45,239 nt of DNA from Acidimicrobiaceae bacterium (GCA_025463965.1 JAODBN010000361.1:1-45239), one strand, 5' to 3'; positions 34,678 through 44,446 are shown, counted from the stretch's first letter. Program-made: numbers and translations. The notes: generated by a model from the letters alone, not told the origin.

Positions 34678-35748
34678 GTGCTCGATCATGTCGTCGCGAA
34701 CGCCAAGCGGCCTTCGGCCCGTGTCGGACAGGGGAGTTCTCTCCTCGCCGTCGCGGGCGAGGCGCGGGTTCACCCGTCGACGGTGTCGCGGATCCTGCGA
34801 GACGATCCGGCCGTTCGCGTCCGCCCCGCCACGCGCCAGCGTGTCATTGCAGCGGCCGCTGCACTCGGCTATGTCCCGAATGCAAACGCCCGCGGATTGG
34901 CGCTCCGCCGGACGACGACGCTCGGCTTGATCATCCCAAGCACTGCGAACATCGTCTACGAACAGATCATCAAGGGCGCGGAGTCAGCGGCACGGGCGGC
35001 CGGATACGTTCTCGTACTTGCTGAGTCAGCCGACGTAGGGCAGGTTGACTCCGCCCACCGTGAGCTGATTCTCGGCGGGCGCGTCGACGGGCTGCTCATC
35101 GCGAGCGGAACGTTGCGAGAGTCGCTGCCTCGAGCAGTCTTGAATGGCGTGAATAACACGATCATCTTGAACCGTCGGATCCGCGGCTCGGTTCCCAGCA
35201 TCATTGAGGACGACGAGCGGGGGATGGCCCGCGGCGTCGAGCATCTCGTCGCTCTTGGGCACACTCGTATCGCCTGCCTTGCCGGTCCAGAGGAGGTGGA
35301 CACGGCGACCCGCCGTTTGTCCGGCTTCAAGGAGGCGTTGCGAGCCGCCGGTTTACCCGTCTCCCGTGGCTACATCCAGCGAGCAAGTTTCGATGAGGCA
35401 GGCGGCTACGAAGCCATGCTTCGTCTGCTTCAACTGGAACGCCGACCGACCGCGGTCGCGGCGAGCAGTATCGTGGCGGCGATCGGTGCCCTTGCAGCCT
35501 GTCACGCGACTGGGGTTTCAGTTCCCGGTGAACTCTCGATGATCGCGTTTCACGATGCCACGATCGCTCAGTACCTCACACCGTCGCTGTCCACCATCTG
35601 GATGCCGCTCTTTGAGCTCGGCGAGATGGCGACACGACAACTGCTTGAAGTGATCGACGGGCGAGACATCCCTTCCGTTCAGCGTCTACAGGATCCTGAG
35701 CCGCGCGTCATCCCCCGCGCCTCTACGGCCCCTCCGCCCGCTGATTAA
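34678..35748 (+). CDS. LacI/GalR-family transcriptional regulator
   Basis: N-terminal HTH LLAVAGEARVHPSTVSRILRDD followed by a periplasmic-binding-protein-like sugar-binding domain (GLIIPS..., DGLLIAS, VALGHTRIACLAGP, PGELSMIAFHD). It is divergent from paralogue 2 across an 85-nt region that carries the palindrome. Confidence 0.9.
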   Translation: MLDHVVANAKRPSARVGQGSSLLAVAGEARVHPSTVSRILRDDPAVRVRPATRQRVIAAAAALGYVPNANARGLALRRTTTLGLIIPSTANIVYEQIIKGAESAARAAGYVLVLAESADVGQVDSAHRELILGGRVDGLLIASGTLRESLPRAVLNGVNNTIILNRRIRGSVPSIIEDDERGMARGVEHLVALGHTRIACLAGPEEVDTATRRLSGFKEALRAAGLPVSRGYIQRASFDEAGGYEAMLRLLQLERRPTAVAASSIVAAIGALAACHATGVSVPGELSMIAFHDATIAQYLTPSLSTIWMPLFELGEMATRQLLEVIDGRDIPSVQRLQDPEPRVIPRASTAPPPAD

Positions 35749-36044
35749 CGGCTGGATGAAGCGAGTCGCCTGGCGCTTCCACACGGGGGCGCCGTGAGAA
35801 TCAGCAGGGCCTTTTCTGACCGGGCCGCAATCTCAAGACGAAGCATGAGCGCACGTGCTGTGGAGGTCCTCGCCGTGATCACCGCGGAGGGGCAAGTAGA
35901 CGGCAAGCGCTTCACCGAGGAGGGCGCGCGGACGGCTTGCATTTGCGGCTCTGTACGGCCAATCTCGCGCTCAACCCGCCTGAAGTCGAAGCAGCTTGGG
36001 AACGACGCCATTACGACATCGGAACATCGCCTGCCATCGGCTCA

Positions 36045-36926
36045 TCACTTCAAGGAGTTAGTGATGTGCTCGAAGGTTCTCAGGTTCGGGCCGGACTTGA
36101 CGGGATCGGAGGGCCGAGGCCAATGCACGACGACATCGGTCATGCCGACACCCTCCAGGTGACCCACGAAGTCGTCCCAGGCGTCGGGCGATGCTTGGGC
36201 CCAGGGCAGGTCTAGCGGCACCAGCATTGTTCGGCTGAGCTCTTCGGGACGCCGGCCAGCCGCCGCGAGAGCCTCTCCCAACTGCCCGACCTGATCGCTC
36301 ACCGTGGCGAACCAGTCGTTCGGTGCCAGGTCCCTGGCATTGCCGTAACGGCCGTACGTGACCCAGCCGCCGCCTAGTCGGGCCGCAATGGCCATTGCCC
36401 GCGGGCCAGCGGCGGCGATCGCGAAGGGCACACGAGGGGATTGGACACAGCCGGGGATCTGGCGAGCGTCGTTTGCCGAGTACCACCTCCCGCTCGAGGT
36501 GGTCGCCGGCTGGGTGAGCAATCGATCCAGCAGTTCGCAGAACTCCTCGAAACGCGAGGTCCGCTCTCCCTGGCCCCATGGCGGTTTACCGAGCACGCGT
36601 GCGTCCTCGGAGTCGGCGCCCGCCCCGATGCCGAGGGTGAGGCGCCCACCGCTGAGGTCATCGAGGGTCATGACCTCTTTTGCCAGGGGCACTGGATGAC
36701 GAAAGTTCGGGCTGGTGACGAGCGTTCCCAGTCGGATGGTGGACGTGGAGGTAGCGGCTGCCGCTAACAGGGGCACCGCCCCATACCAGGGGCCATCTCG
36801 GAGCGTGGTCCACGACAAGTGGTCGTAGGTCCAAGCGGTGCCAAAGCCGGCGCGTTCAGCCTCCTGCCAGCGGTGCCGGTCCTGGGCCCACGGCAGCTCG
36901 GGGAGAAGACAGACGCCGACGCGCAA
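36045..36926 (-). CDS. Luciferase-like monooxygenase (LLM) class oxidoreductase, probably F420-dependent
   Basis: MRVGVCLLPELPW...WQEAERAGFGTAWTYDHLSW and LTLGIGAG are typical of actinobacterial LLM/F420 oxidoreductases. The cofactor assignment is an inference. Confidence 0.75.
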   Translation of the reverse strand: MRVGVCLLPELPWAQDRHRWQEAERAGFGTAWTYDHLSWTTLRDGPWYGAVPLLAAAATSTSTIRLGTLVTSPNFRHPVPLAKEVMTLDDLSGGRLTLGIGAGADSEDARVLGKPPWGQGERTSRFEEFCELLDRLLTQPATTSSGRWYSANDARQIPGCVQSPRVPFAIAAAGPRAMAIAARLGGGWVTYGRYGNARDLAPNDWFATVSDQVGQLGEALAAAGRRPEELSRTMLVPLDLPWAQASPDAWDDFVGHLEGVGMTDVVVHWPRPSDPVKSGPNLRTFEHITNSLK

Positions 36927-37072
36927 CGTCGCTACCTGCCCGCTGGCCGGCGTTGAACGGTGCAGCCTTCGGATCTCGCCGACGACTGAAGAGGCTGGAA
37001 GGCGGGCACGCAGGCGACTCTATCCAAGGCTCGTGCCGGTGACCTGTCCGCACGCGAGAGCGGCGATATGGA

Positions 37073-37128
37073 TGGATTCGAGTCGAAGTGGCTTGCTCCG
37101 CAGAGGGCCGAGCAAGGGACCGAATCCA
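37073..37128 (+). other. Nested inverted repeat (potential stem-loop or operator) in the glcB upstream region
   Basis: Outer arms TGGATTCG (37073-37080) and CGAATCCA (37121-37128). Inner arms CTTGCTC (37092-37098) and GAGCAAG (37110-37116). It ends 72 nt before the glcB ATG. Confidence 0.35.
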
Positions 37129-37199
37129 CATCCTGGAAGTTGTTTGCCGCCAACCGGAAGGCGGCGGTAACGTCCGTTCACCTAGGGCGGGAGAGCGCG

Positions 37200-39374
37200 A
37201 TGGCGATGGTCGAGGCGGAGCAGCTACGCGTCGATGAGGAGCTGCACCGGTTTCTCACGGAGGAGGCGCTTCCGGGGACCGGAGTCGAGCCAGCGGCGTT
37301 CTGGCGAGGCCTGTCAGACCTGGTTCACAGCCGAGCTGACGAGAACCGCCGGCTGCTCGCTCAGCGTGCCCAGTTCCAGTCGCGCATCGACTCGTGGCAC
37401 ATCGAGCACCGGCATCAGGAGCACGACGCAGCCGCCTACCGGAGCTTCCTTGAGGAGATCGGCTACCTACAAGAAGAAGGGCCCGACTTCGAGATCGACA
37501 CGACAGGCGTGGACCCGGAGATCAACGAGATCGCCGGTCCGCAGCTCGTCGTACCGGTGACGAACCCGCGCTACGCGTTGAACGCCGCGAACGCGCGGTG
37601 GGGATCGCTCTACGACGCCCTGTACGGCACCGACGCTGTGGTCGCGCAGCCACCAGCCGGTGGCTCCTACGACCCCGAGCGAGGCGCACGGGTCGTGGCC
37701 TGGGTCCGGGCCTTCCTCGACGACGTCTTGCCCCTCGAACGCGGCTCCCACGCGGATGTCACCTCCTATCGCGCCGTGCATGGTCGCCTGGAAGTTGACA
37801 CCGGGGCCGGCGAGATGAGCGGGCTTCAGGACTCGGGCGCGTTCGCCGGATACCGAGGCTCGCCCGATTCACCGTCTTCGGTGCTGCTCGTCAACCACGG
37901 CCTCCACATTGAGCTCGTGCTGGATCGAACCGGCCCGGTCGGTGCGGCCGACGCCGCCGGCATTGCGGACGTGCTGATCGAGTCCGCGCCGACCACGATC
38001 GTCGACTTTGAGGACTCGGTGGCAGCGGTCGACGCTACGGACAAGGTGGCTGCCTATCGCGTTTGGCTCGGTCTCATGCGTGGTGACCTCGAAGCCACGT
38101 TCCAAAAGGCTGGCGGACCGATGACCCGGCGTCTCGCGGACGATCGAGAGTTCGTGGCGCCAGACGGCTCGCGCCTGGTCCTGCGCGGACGAGCGCTTCT
38201 GCTCGTGCGCAACGTCGGCCACTTCATGACGACCGACGCGGTGCTCGATCGTTCGGGCAGGCCCGTTCCTGAAGGGCTTCTCGACGCGATGGTCACGGTG
38301 CTCATCGCGCTCCACGACATCAACCGTGGCGCCGACAGGCGGAACTCCCGACACGGCTCGGTGTACGTGGTGAAGCCCAAGATGCACGGGCCCGACGAGG
38401 TCGCCTTCGCCGACGGCGTGTTCGCCCAAGTCGAGGAAGCGCTCGGCCTGGCGCAAGGAACGGTGAAGCTCGGGCTGATGGACGAGGAGCGGCGCACGAC
38501 CCTCAACCTGAAGGCGTGCATCGGAGCGGCCAGATCTCGTATCGCCTTCATCAACACGGGCTTCCTCGACCGGACCTGCGACGAGATCGACACCTCGATG
38601 CAAGCAGGTCCGATGGTCCGTAAGGCGGAGATGAAGAGCCAACCGTGGCTCATAGCCTACGAAGACAACAACGTGGACGTCGGCCTTGCGTGTGGGCTTC
38701 GCGGGCGAGCCCAGATCGGCAAGGGCATGTGGGCCGCCCCGGACCTCATGGCGCAGATGCTGCGCGAGAAGATCGGCCAGCCCCTCGCCGGGGCCAATTG
38801 CGCTTGGGTCCCGTCGCCCACCGCGGCGACCTTGCACGCCACGCACTATCACCGCGTCGACGTCGCTGAGCAACAAGAGCAGCTCCTCGGCAAGCGGAGG
38901 GCGTCGATCGCCGACCTCCTGGCGCTGCCTTTGCAGTCCGGGTCCGCGTTGAGCGCAGAAGAGGTCCGAAGCGAGCTGGACAACAACGCCCAAGGCATCT
39001 TGGGCTACGCCGTGCGCTGGGTGGAGCAGGGGATCGGCTGCTCGAAGGTGCCGGACATCCACGACGTCGCGCTGATGGAGGACCGCGCCACCTGCAGGAT
39101 CTCGTCTCAACACATCGCCAACTGGCTGCTCCACGGGATCCTCGACCGAGAGACGGTTTTGGACGCGCTGCGGCGAATGGCGGAGGTGGTCGACGGCCAG
39201 AACGCCGGGGACGCCGCCTACACCGACATGGCCCCGGGATTCGACGGCGTCGCCTTCCGAGCCGCCTGCGAGCTCGTTCTCCTTGGAGCCGAGCAGCCAT
39301 CCGGGTACACCGAGCCGATCCTTCACTCGTCCCGCCTCGAATACAAGCAGGGCGCGGGGACGAGCCCGGTATGA
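37200..39374 (+). CDS. glcB: Malate synthase G
   Basis: The start was set at ATG 37200 (GGGAGAG upstream). VYVVKPKMHGPDEVAF, MDEERRTTLNLKACI, NTGFLDRTCDEIDT and GKGMWAAPD. The length of about 724 aa fits MSG. Confidence 0.9.
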   Translation: MAMVEAEQLRVDEELHRFLTEEALPGTGVEPAAFWRGLSDLVHSRADENRRLLAQRAQFQSRIDSWHIEHRHQEHDAAAYRSFLEEIGYLQEEGPDFEIDTTGVDPEINEIAGPQLVVPVTNPRYALNAANARWGSLYDALYGTDAVVAQPPAGGSYDPERGARVVAWVRAFLDDVLPLERGSHADVTSYRAVHGRLEVDTGAGEMSGLQDSGAFAGYRGSPDSPSSVLLVNHGLHIELVLDRTGPVGAADAAGIADVLIESAPTTIVDFEDSVAAVDATDKVAAYRVWLGLMRGDLEATFQKAGGPMTRRLADDREFVAPDGSRLVLRGRALLLVRNVGHFMTTDAVLDRSGRPVPEGLLDAMVTVLIALHDINRGADRRNSRHGSVYVVKPKMHGPDEVAFADGVFAQVEEALGLAQGTVKLGLMDEERRTTLNLKACIGAARSRIAFINTGFLDRTCDEIDTSMQAGPMVRKAEMKSQPWLIAYEDNNVDVGLACGLRGRAQIGKGMWAAPDLMAQMLREKIGQPLAGANCAWVPSPTAATLHATHYHRVDVAEQQEQLLGKRRASIADLLALPLQSGSALSAEEVRSELDNNAQGILGYAVRWVEQGIGCSKVPDIHDVALMEDRATCRISSQHIANWLLHGILDRETVLDALRRMAEVVDGQNAGDAAYTDMAPGFDGVAFRAACELVLLGAEQPSGYTEPILHSSRLEYKQGAGTSPV

Positions 39375-40840
39375 CCCGCCCACAAGACGCGCTCGTCGCG
39401 GTCCTCCGACGCCTCCGGGAACTCCTCCCGCCCGAGGGGCTCGTCACCGATTCGGCCGAGCTTCGAACCTACGAGTGCGACGGCCTCACCCACTTCCGGG
39501 TCGTCCCCGCGCTCGTCGTCCTCGCCCGCTCGAGCGCCGACGTACGTCTCGTTGTCTCGGTCTGCGGACAAGAAGGCGTCCCCTATGTCGCCCGGGGCGC
39601 GGGCACGGGACTGTCCGGAGGAGCGGTGCCGCACGCCGAGGGTGTCCTCATCGTCCTCGCCAAGATGCGTGCGATCCTCGAGATCGACCCCGCAAACCAG
39701 CGCGCCGTCGTAGAGCCGGGCGTCGCCAACCTGGACGTCTCCCGGGCCGCCGCCCCGAGCGGCTACTACTACGCCCCAGACCCATCGAGCCAGCAGGTGT
39801 GCTCGATTGGGGGCAACGTCGCTGAGAACTCCGGCGGCGCCCACTGTCTCAAGTACGGGTTCACGACGAACCATGTCACCGGCCTCGAGGTGGTCACCCC
39901 CGACGGGGAGCTCCTCGAGCTCGGGGGCAAGGCGCCCGATCCCCCGGGCTACGACCTCATGGGCGCCCTGGTGGGCTCCGAGGGGACGCTCGGCATCGTC
40001 ACCAAGGTGACCGTGCGCCTGCTGCGCTCCCCCGAGACCGTCCGCACGCTGCTCGCTGGATTCGCCGACACCGACGCCGCGGGAGACGCCGTGTCGTCCA
40101 TCATCGCCGTCGGTCTTCTTCCGGCGGCCATCGAGATGATGGACGCGCTCGCCATCGAGGCCGCCGAGGCGGCCGTCGGTTGCGCCTATCCCGAGGGCGC
40201 GGGTGCTGTGCTCATCGTCGAGCTCGACGGCCCCGAGGTCGAGGTCGTGACGGCGCTCGCGGAGGTCGAACAGCACTGCCACGCCGCTGGCGCCTTCGAG
40301 CTGCGGCGAGCAGCCACGCCTGCCGAGCGGACGCAGATCTGGCACGGCCGTAAGTCGGCGTTCGCCGCCGTCGGGAGGATCAGCCCGGACTACATCGTCC
40401 AGGACGGCGTGGTGCCGCGAACTGCCCTTCCGTCGGTGCTGCGGGAGATCAATCGTCTCTCGAAGGAGGCGGGATTGCGGGTTGCCAACGTGTTCCACGC
40501 CGGGGACGGCAACCTCCACCCGCTTGTGCTGTTCGACGCCAGCAGGCCTGGTGAACTTGCGCTCGCCGAAGAGCTGTCGAGCCGCATCCTCGAGACGTGC
40601 TTGCGCCACGGGGGCTCGATCACCGGCGAGCACGGAGTCGGCCTCGACAAGGTCACCTCCATGGCCAAGATGTTCCGGCCGGACGACCTCGACACGATGC
40701 AGTTGCTGCGTTGCGCCTTCGATCCCGACAATCTCTGCAATCCCGCCAAGATCTTCCCGACACCTCGGCTGTGCGGCGAGCGCCCTGGGCGCCAGAGCCC
40801 GCACCCGATCGAGGTCGCCGGCCTTGCCGAGCGTTACTGA
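39371..40840 (+). CDS. glcD: Glycolate oxidase subunit GlcD (FAD-linked oxidase)
   Basis: LRTYECDGL, a PCMH-type FAD-binding domain (ARGAGTGLSGGAVP), and the C-terminal GGSITGEHGVGLDK. ATGA overlap with glcB. Confidence 0.85.
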   Translation: MTRPQDALVAVLRRLRELLPPEGLVTDSAELRTYECDGLTHFRVVPALVVLARSSADVRLVVSVCGQEGVPYVARGAGTGLSGGAVPHAEGVLIVLAKMRAILEIDPANQRAVVEPGVANLDVSRAAAPSGYYYAPDPSSQQVCSIGGNVAENSGGAHCLKYGFTTNHVTGLEVVTPDGELLELGGKAPDPPGYDLMGALVGSEGTLGIVTKVTVRLLRSPETVRTLLAGFADTDAAGDAVSSIIAVGLLPAAIEMMDALAIEAAEAAVGCAYPEGAGAVLIVELDGPEVEVVTALAEVEQHCHAAGAFELRRAATPAERTQIWHGRKSAFAAVGRISPDYIVQDGVVPRTALPSVLREINRLSKEAGLRVANVFHAGDGNLHPLVLFDASRPGELALAEELSSRILETCLRHGGSITGEHGVGLDKVTSMAKMFRPDDLDTMQLLRCAFDPDNLCNPAKIFPTPRLCGERPGRQSPHPIEVAGLAERY

Positions 40841-42075
40841 TGAAGCTCTTGGAGTCGCTTGCGAGCGTGTGCGCCTCGGGCGGGGCGCGGAGCGGGGAGG
40901 CGGCCGACGAGGTGGATGGGCTCTTGCCCGAGGTTGTCGCTGCCCCCGTGACCACCGAGGAGGTCGCCGCCGTCGTAGGCCTGTGTGCCGCGACGAAGAC
41001 AACCATGCTCGCCAGGGGCTCAGGCACCAAGCTCGACTGGGGGGGCTCGCCGGAATCGCTCGGCGTCGTGATCGATCTCTCCGGCCTCAATGGGGTGGTG
41101 GAGCACGAGCCAGGGGACTTCGTCGTGTCGCTACGGGCGGGGACCACGCTCGCAGCGCTCGACCGCGAGCTCGAGCGCGCCGGCCAGCGGCTCCCGATCG
41201 ACGAGGTCGTGCCGAACTCGAGTGTCGGAGGCGTGATCGCCACGGGACTCTCGGGGCCCTCGCGGTATTTGCACGGAGCGGTCCGCGATCTTCTGATCGG
41301 GCTCACGGTGGTGCGTGCCGACGGCGTGGTGGCGCGCTCGGGCAGCAAGGTGGTGAAGAACGTCGCCGGCTACGACCTGGCCAAGCTCTTCACAGGCTCC
41401 TACGGCACCTTGGCCATCGTGACCGAGGCGATCTTCCGGCTACGTCCCCGCCCGCGGGCCGAGCGCTACCTGTCGGCGACGTTCGCCGACGAGGCTGAGC
41501 TGAGCGCAGCTCTCTCCGGCATCCTTGCCTCCCAGCTGGCGTTCGCCGCGGTCGAGCTCGCGCGGGCTGAGGGCGGTGGTCCTATGACCCTCGGCGTGCT
41601 CCTCGAGGGTCACCCGGATGCGCTCGAACGGCGGATGGCCGGCGCGGCAGCGCTTCTCGGGAAATGCGCGGTGTCGGACACGGTTCCGAAGGAGTGGGGT
41701 CAGCTTCCGGGTCCGGTCACTCTCAAGATCGCCGTGCCGCTTGGCTTCGTGCCGTCTCTCCTCGGCGAGCTGTCTGCTCTCGAGACGACCCTGGCCATCC
41801 CGCTGAGGATCCGGGGCTCTGCTGGGGTGGGCATCCTCTACGTGGGCCTGGAGCCCTCGACAGACCAGGCATCCTTCGCTGAGCTCCTGCAGGTGCTGCG
41901 CAGCAGCGTCGGGAGCACCGGTGGAAGCGTCGTCGTGCTCCGCGCTCCCGCCTCGATCAAAGCTGGCGTCGACAGTTGGGGCCCGGTCGCCGGCCTCGAG
42001 CTGATGCGCCGGGTAAAGGAGCGCTTCGACCCCGATCGACGACTCTCGCCCGGCCGATTCGTCGGGGGGATCTGA
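40840..42075 (+). CDS. glcE: Glycolate oxidase FAD-binding subunit GlcE
   Basis: The start was set at ATG 40840, sharing one nt with the glcD TGA. ARGSGTKLDWGG and VVKNVAGYDLAKLFTGSYGTLAIVTEA. Its position between glcD and glcF fits. Confidence 0.75.
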   Translation: MKLLESLASVCASGGARSGEAADEVDGLLPEVVAAPVTTEEVAAVVGLCAATKTTMLARGSGTKLDWGGSPESLGVVIDLSGLNGVVEHEPGDFVVSLRAGTTLAALDRELERAGQRLPIDEVVPNSSVGGVIATGLSGPSRYLHGAVRDLLIGLTVVRADGVVARSGSKVVKNVAGYDLAKLFTGSYGTLAIVTEAIFRLRPRPRAERYLSATFADEAELSAALSGILASQLAFAAVELARAEGGGPMTLGVLLEGHPDALERRMAGAAALLGKCAVSDTVPKEWGQLPGPVTLKIAVPLGFVPSLLGELSALETTLAIPLRIRGSAGVGILYVGLEPSTDQASFAELLQVLRSSVGSTGGSVVVLRAPASIKAGVDSWGPVAGLELMRRVKERFDPDRRLSPGRFVGGI

Positions 42076-43388
42076 TGGGCTTCGACGACGACCACCCGCC
42101 GAGCCGGGAGCTGCTCGCCGACTGTGTCCACTGCGGGTTCTGCTTGCCGGCCTGCCCGACCTATGTGCTCACCGGCGAGGAGATGGACTCCCCGCGAGGT
42201 CGCATCCACATCATCTCCCAGGTGCTCGACGGCGCCCCGCTGCCCGGGGCGGCCCAGCTGCACCTGGACCGCTGTCTGTCTTGTCTCAGCTGTGTGACCG
42301 CGTGCCCCTCGGGCGTCCGTTACGACGAGATCATCGCCGACACCCGGATGCAGGTCGAGCGCCAGGCCCATCGCTCACCTGGCGAACGGGCCTTGCGGGG
42401 AGCGGTCTTCGGCGTCTTCCCCTACCCACGGCGTCTGCGAGTCGCGCGTGCATTGCTCGTTGCCGGCGAGCGCTCGGGCCTACGTTCCCTGCTGCGTCGC
42501 AAGGCTGTGCGCAAGCACCTCCCGGGGCTGCTGCGCACCCTGGACGGCCTGGCTCCTGCACTCGGTGCGCGCGAGCGCATCGCCGAGCTGGTCCCGGCGC
42601 GAGGAGAGTGTCGGGGCCGCGTCGGGCTGCTCACTGGGTGCGTCCAGTCCGTGCTTTTCTCTCCGGTCAACGCGGCGACCGCACGCGTCCTTGCGCGCGA
42701 GGGATTTGACGTCGTCGTACCGGCGCGGCAGGGATGCTGCGGAGCGCTGTCCGGCCATGCGGGGCGAGAGGAGGAGGCGAAGCGTTTCGCCCGGGAGACC
42801 GTCGACTGCTTCGAGCGCGCCGGAGTCGACACCGTGGTCGTCAACTCCGCCGGCTGTGGCTCGGCGATGAAGGAGTATGCACGGCTGCTGCGTGATGACG
42901 AGAACTACGCCGATCGCGCCGAGCAATTCTCGCTGATGACACGCGACTTTTCCGAGTTCTTGTCACTAGCGGGCTCGAGAGCGACGCGAGGTCCGGTCGA
43001 GATGACCGTGGCCTATCACGATGCTTGCCACCTGGCTCACGCTCAGGGCATCCGAGCTGCGCCGAGGGCCTTGCTCGAGGAGGTGCCCGGGCTCGTCGTG
43101 CGCGAGATCGCCGACCCCGACCTGTGCTGCGGCTCGGCGGGCGTCTACAACCTGTTCCAGCGTGAGTGGGCGGGGCGCCTGGGCGAGCGCAAGGCGCAGG
43201 CCGTTCTTGCGACCGGCGCCGAGGCCCTCGTTGCGAGCAATCCTGGATGCCTCATGCAAGTGCGCGCCGCGTCGGAAGAGCTCGACTCGCCGGGCCACGC
43301 CATCGGTTACTACCACCTGGCTCAGATTCTCGACGCCTCTCTCTGCGGGACTCCACTCGCCCAACCCACCTCGGCGCCGGGGGGCTGA
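42075..43388 (+). CDS. glcF: Glycolate oxidase iron-sulfur subunit GlcF
   Basis: The start was set at ATG 42075 (TGATG overlap). Two ferredoxin-type clusters (CVHCGFCLPACPTY and CLSCLSCVTACPSGV) and two CCG-type Cys-rich domains (CCGALSG, CCGSAG). Confidence 0.85.
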   Translation: MGFDDDHPPSRELLADCVHCGFCLPACPTYVLTGEEMDSPRGRIHIISQVLDGAPLPGAAQLHLDRCLSCLSCVTACPSGVRYDEIIADTRMQVERQAHRSPGERALRGAVFGVFPYPRRLRVARALLVAGERSGLRSLLRRKAVRKHLPGLLRTLDGLAPALGARERIAELVPARGECRGRVGLLTGCVQSVLFSPVNAATARVLAREGFDVVVPARQGCCGALSGHAGREEEAKRFARETVDCFERAGVDTVVVNSAGCGSAMKEYARLLRDDENYADRAEQFSLMTRDFSEFLSLAGSRATRGPVEMTVAYHDACHLAHAQGIRAAPRALLEEVPGLVVREIADPDLCCGSAGVYNLFQREWAGRLGERKAQAVLATGAEALVASNPGCLMQVRAASEELDSPGHAIGYYHLAQILDASLCGTPLAQPTSAPGG

Positions 43389-43545
43389 CTCCGTGCACCA
43401 CCCCCGCAATCGCGATGTTCTCCCGCTCGCGGCCTCCCGTTATCGCCGTTCGCCGCCGCGTCCCGATGAGGAGCTGGTCACGGGTAGGGCCCGCAAGGCT
43501 GGCCATCTCCGAACGGCGACGACGACCTCGGCTTGGTCTTCGAAG

Positions 43546-44331
43546 GTGCCCGTGGAAAGCGACGGGGCCACCGGTGGAGTTCAGTCGGTGGACCGCACGC
43601 TTCAAATCGTCGAGCTCCTCGTCCGCTCACCGACTCCGCTCGGGGTCCTCGCGATCGCCGAGGCGACCGGACTGGCCCAAGCGACCGTCCACCGACTGCT
43701 TCGCGCCCTAGCCCAACGAGGATGGGTGCGCCAGGACGCGGGCCGCCGATACGCGCCTGGGGTCACCATGTTCCGGCTCGGGGAAACCTCGCAACGCCAC
43801 GTCGCAGCCGCCGCCCAGCCCTTCCTCGCCGAAGCAGCGAGCGCCACCGGCGAGACGGCGAACCTGGCTTTGCTAGAGGGCGAGCACGCCACCTACGTCG
43901 GACAGGTACCGTCGACGCACCGCCTTCGTACCTTTGCCGAGGTCGGCCACCGAGTGCCGCTTCACTCCACAGCCGTCGGCAAGGCCCTGGTCGCCTTCCT
44001 TGCCGAGGCCGAGATCGACGGCCTCCTCGCTCGCACCGGGCTGCCCAGCCGCACCTCGACCACCATCACGAGCGAGCGGCGATTTCGAGAGGAGCTCGCT
44101 GCGGTGCGCCGCCTGGGCTACGCCGTGGACCGGAGCGAGGAGGCGGAAGGAGTCTCCTGCGTGGCCCTTCCCGTGCGCGACACCGATGGTCAGGTGGTGT
44201 GCGCACTTTCGATCTCGGGGCCAGGCACTCGGGTGAAGGATGGAGATGCGCCCCGCCTCGCGGCGGTGCTGTCACCCATCGTCGAGCGTCTCGCCCGCTC
44301 CCTCAGCCCAGGCGACAGGACGCAACCCTGA
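43546..44331 (+). CDS. IclR-family transcriptional regulator
   Basis: HTH region VQSVDRTLQIVELL...LGVLAIAEATGLAQATVHRLLRAL, effector domain with GVSCVALPVRDTDGQVVCALSISGP. The start is uncertain: GTG 43546 or 43552 is preferred, GTG 43393 is possible, and the track start 43021 overlaps glcF. Confidence 0.8.
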   Translation: MPVESDGATGGVQSVDRTLQIVELLVRSPTPLGVLAIAEATGLAQATVHRLLRALAQRGWVRQDAGRRYAPGVTMFRLGETSQRHVAAAAQPFLAEAASATGETANLALLEGEHATYVGQVPSTHRLRTFAEVGHRVPLHSTAVGKALVAFLAEAEIDGLLARTGLPSRTSTTITSERRFREELAAVRRLGYAVDRSEEAEGVSCVALPVRDTDGQVVCALSISGPGTRVKDGDAPRLAAVLSPIVERLARSLSPGDRTQP

Positions 44332-44446
44332 CCATCTGAGCGGCGGGCCCACGCCTGCATTCACCACGGCGTAGAGCGGCTCTCGACTTCCGAGGGTGAG
44401 TCGCCAACTCGCGCGTCGCTGGCGTGATGCGAGCGGAGCAGTCGGG

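Noticed and set aside
35904-35913. 9/10 copy of the palindrome (CAAGCGCTTC) in the lacI-LLM convergent spacer, and another 9/10 copy at 31723 inside DMFase-like 1
   Set aside because: They are imperfect and not at promoter-like positions. They were kept out of the operator count.
35794-36162. 122-aa + strand ORF (and the 88-aa minus ORF 35745..36011) in the lacI-LLM spacer
   Set aside because: No RBS and no recognisable motifs, and its 3' third overlaps the LLM gene end. A protein-like start (MSARAVEVLAVITAEGQVDGKRF) was noted, but it is insufficient to call a gene.
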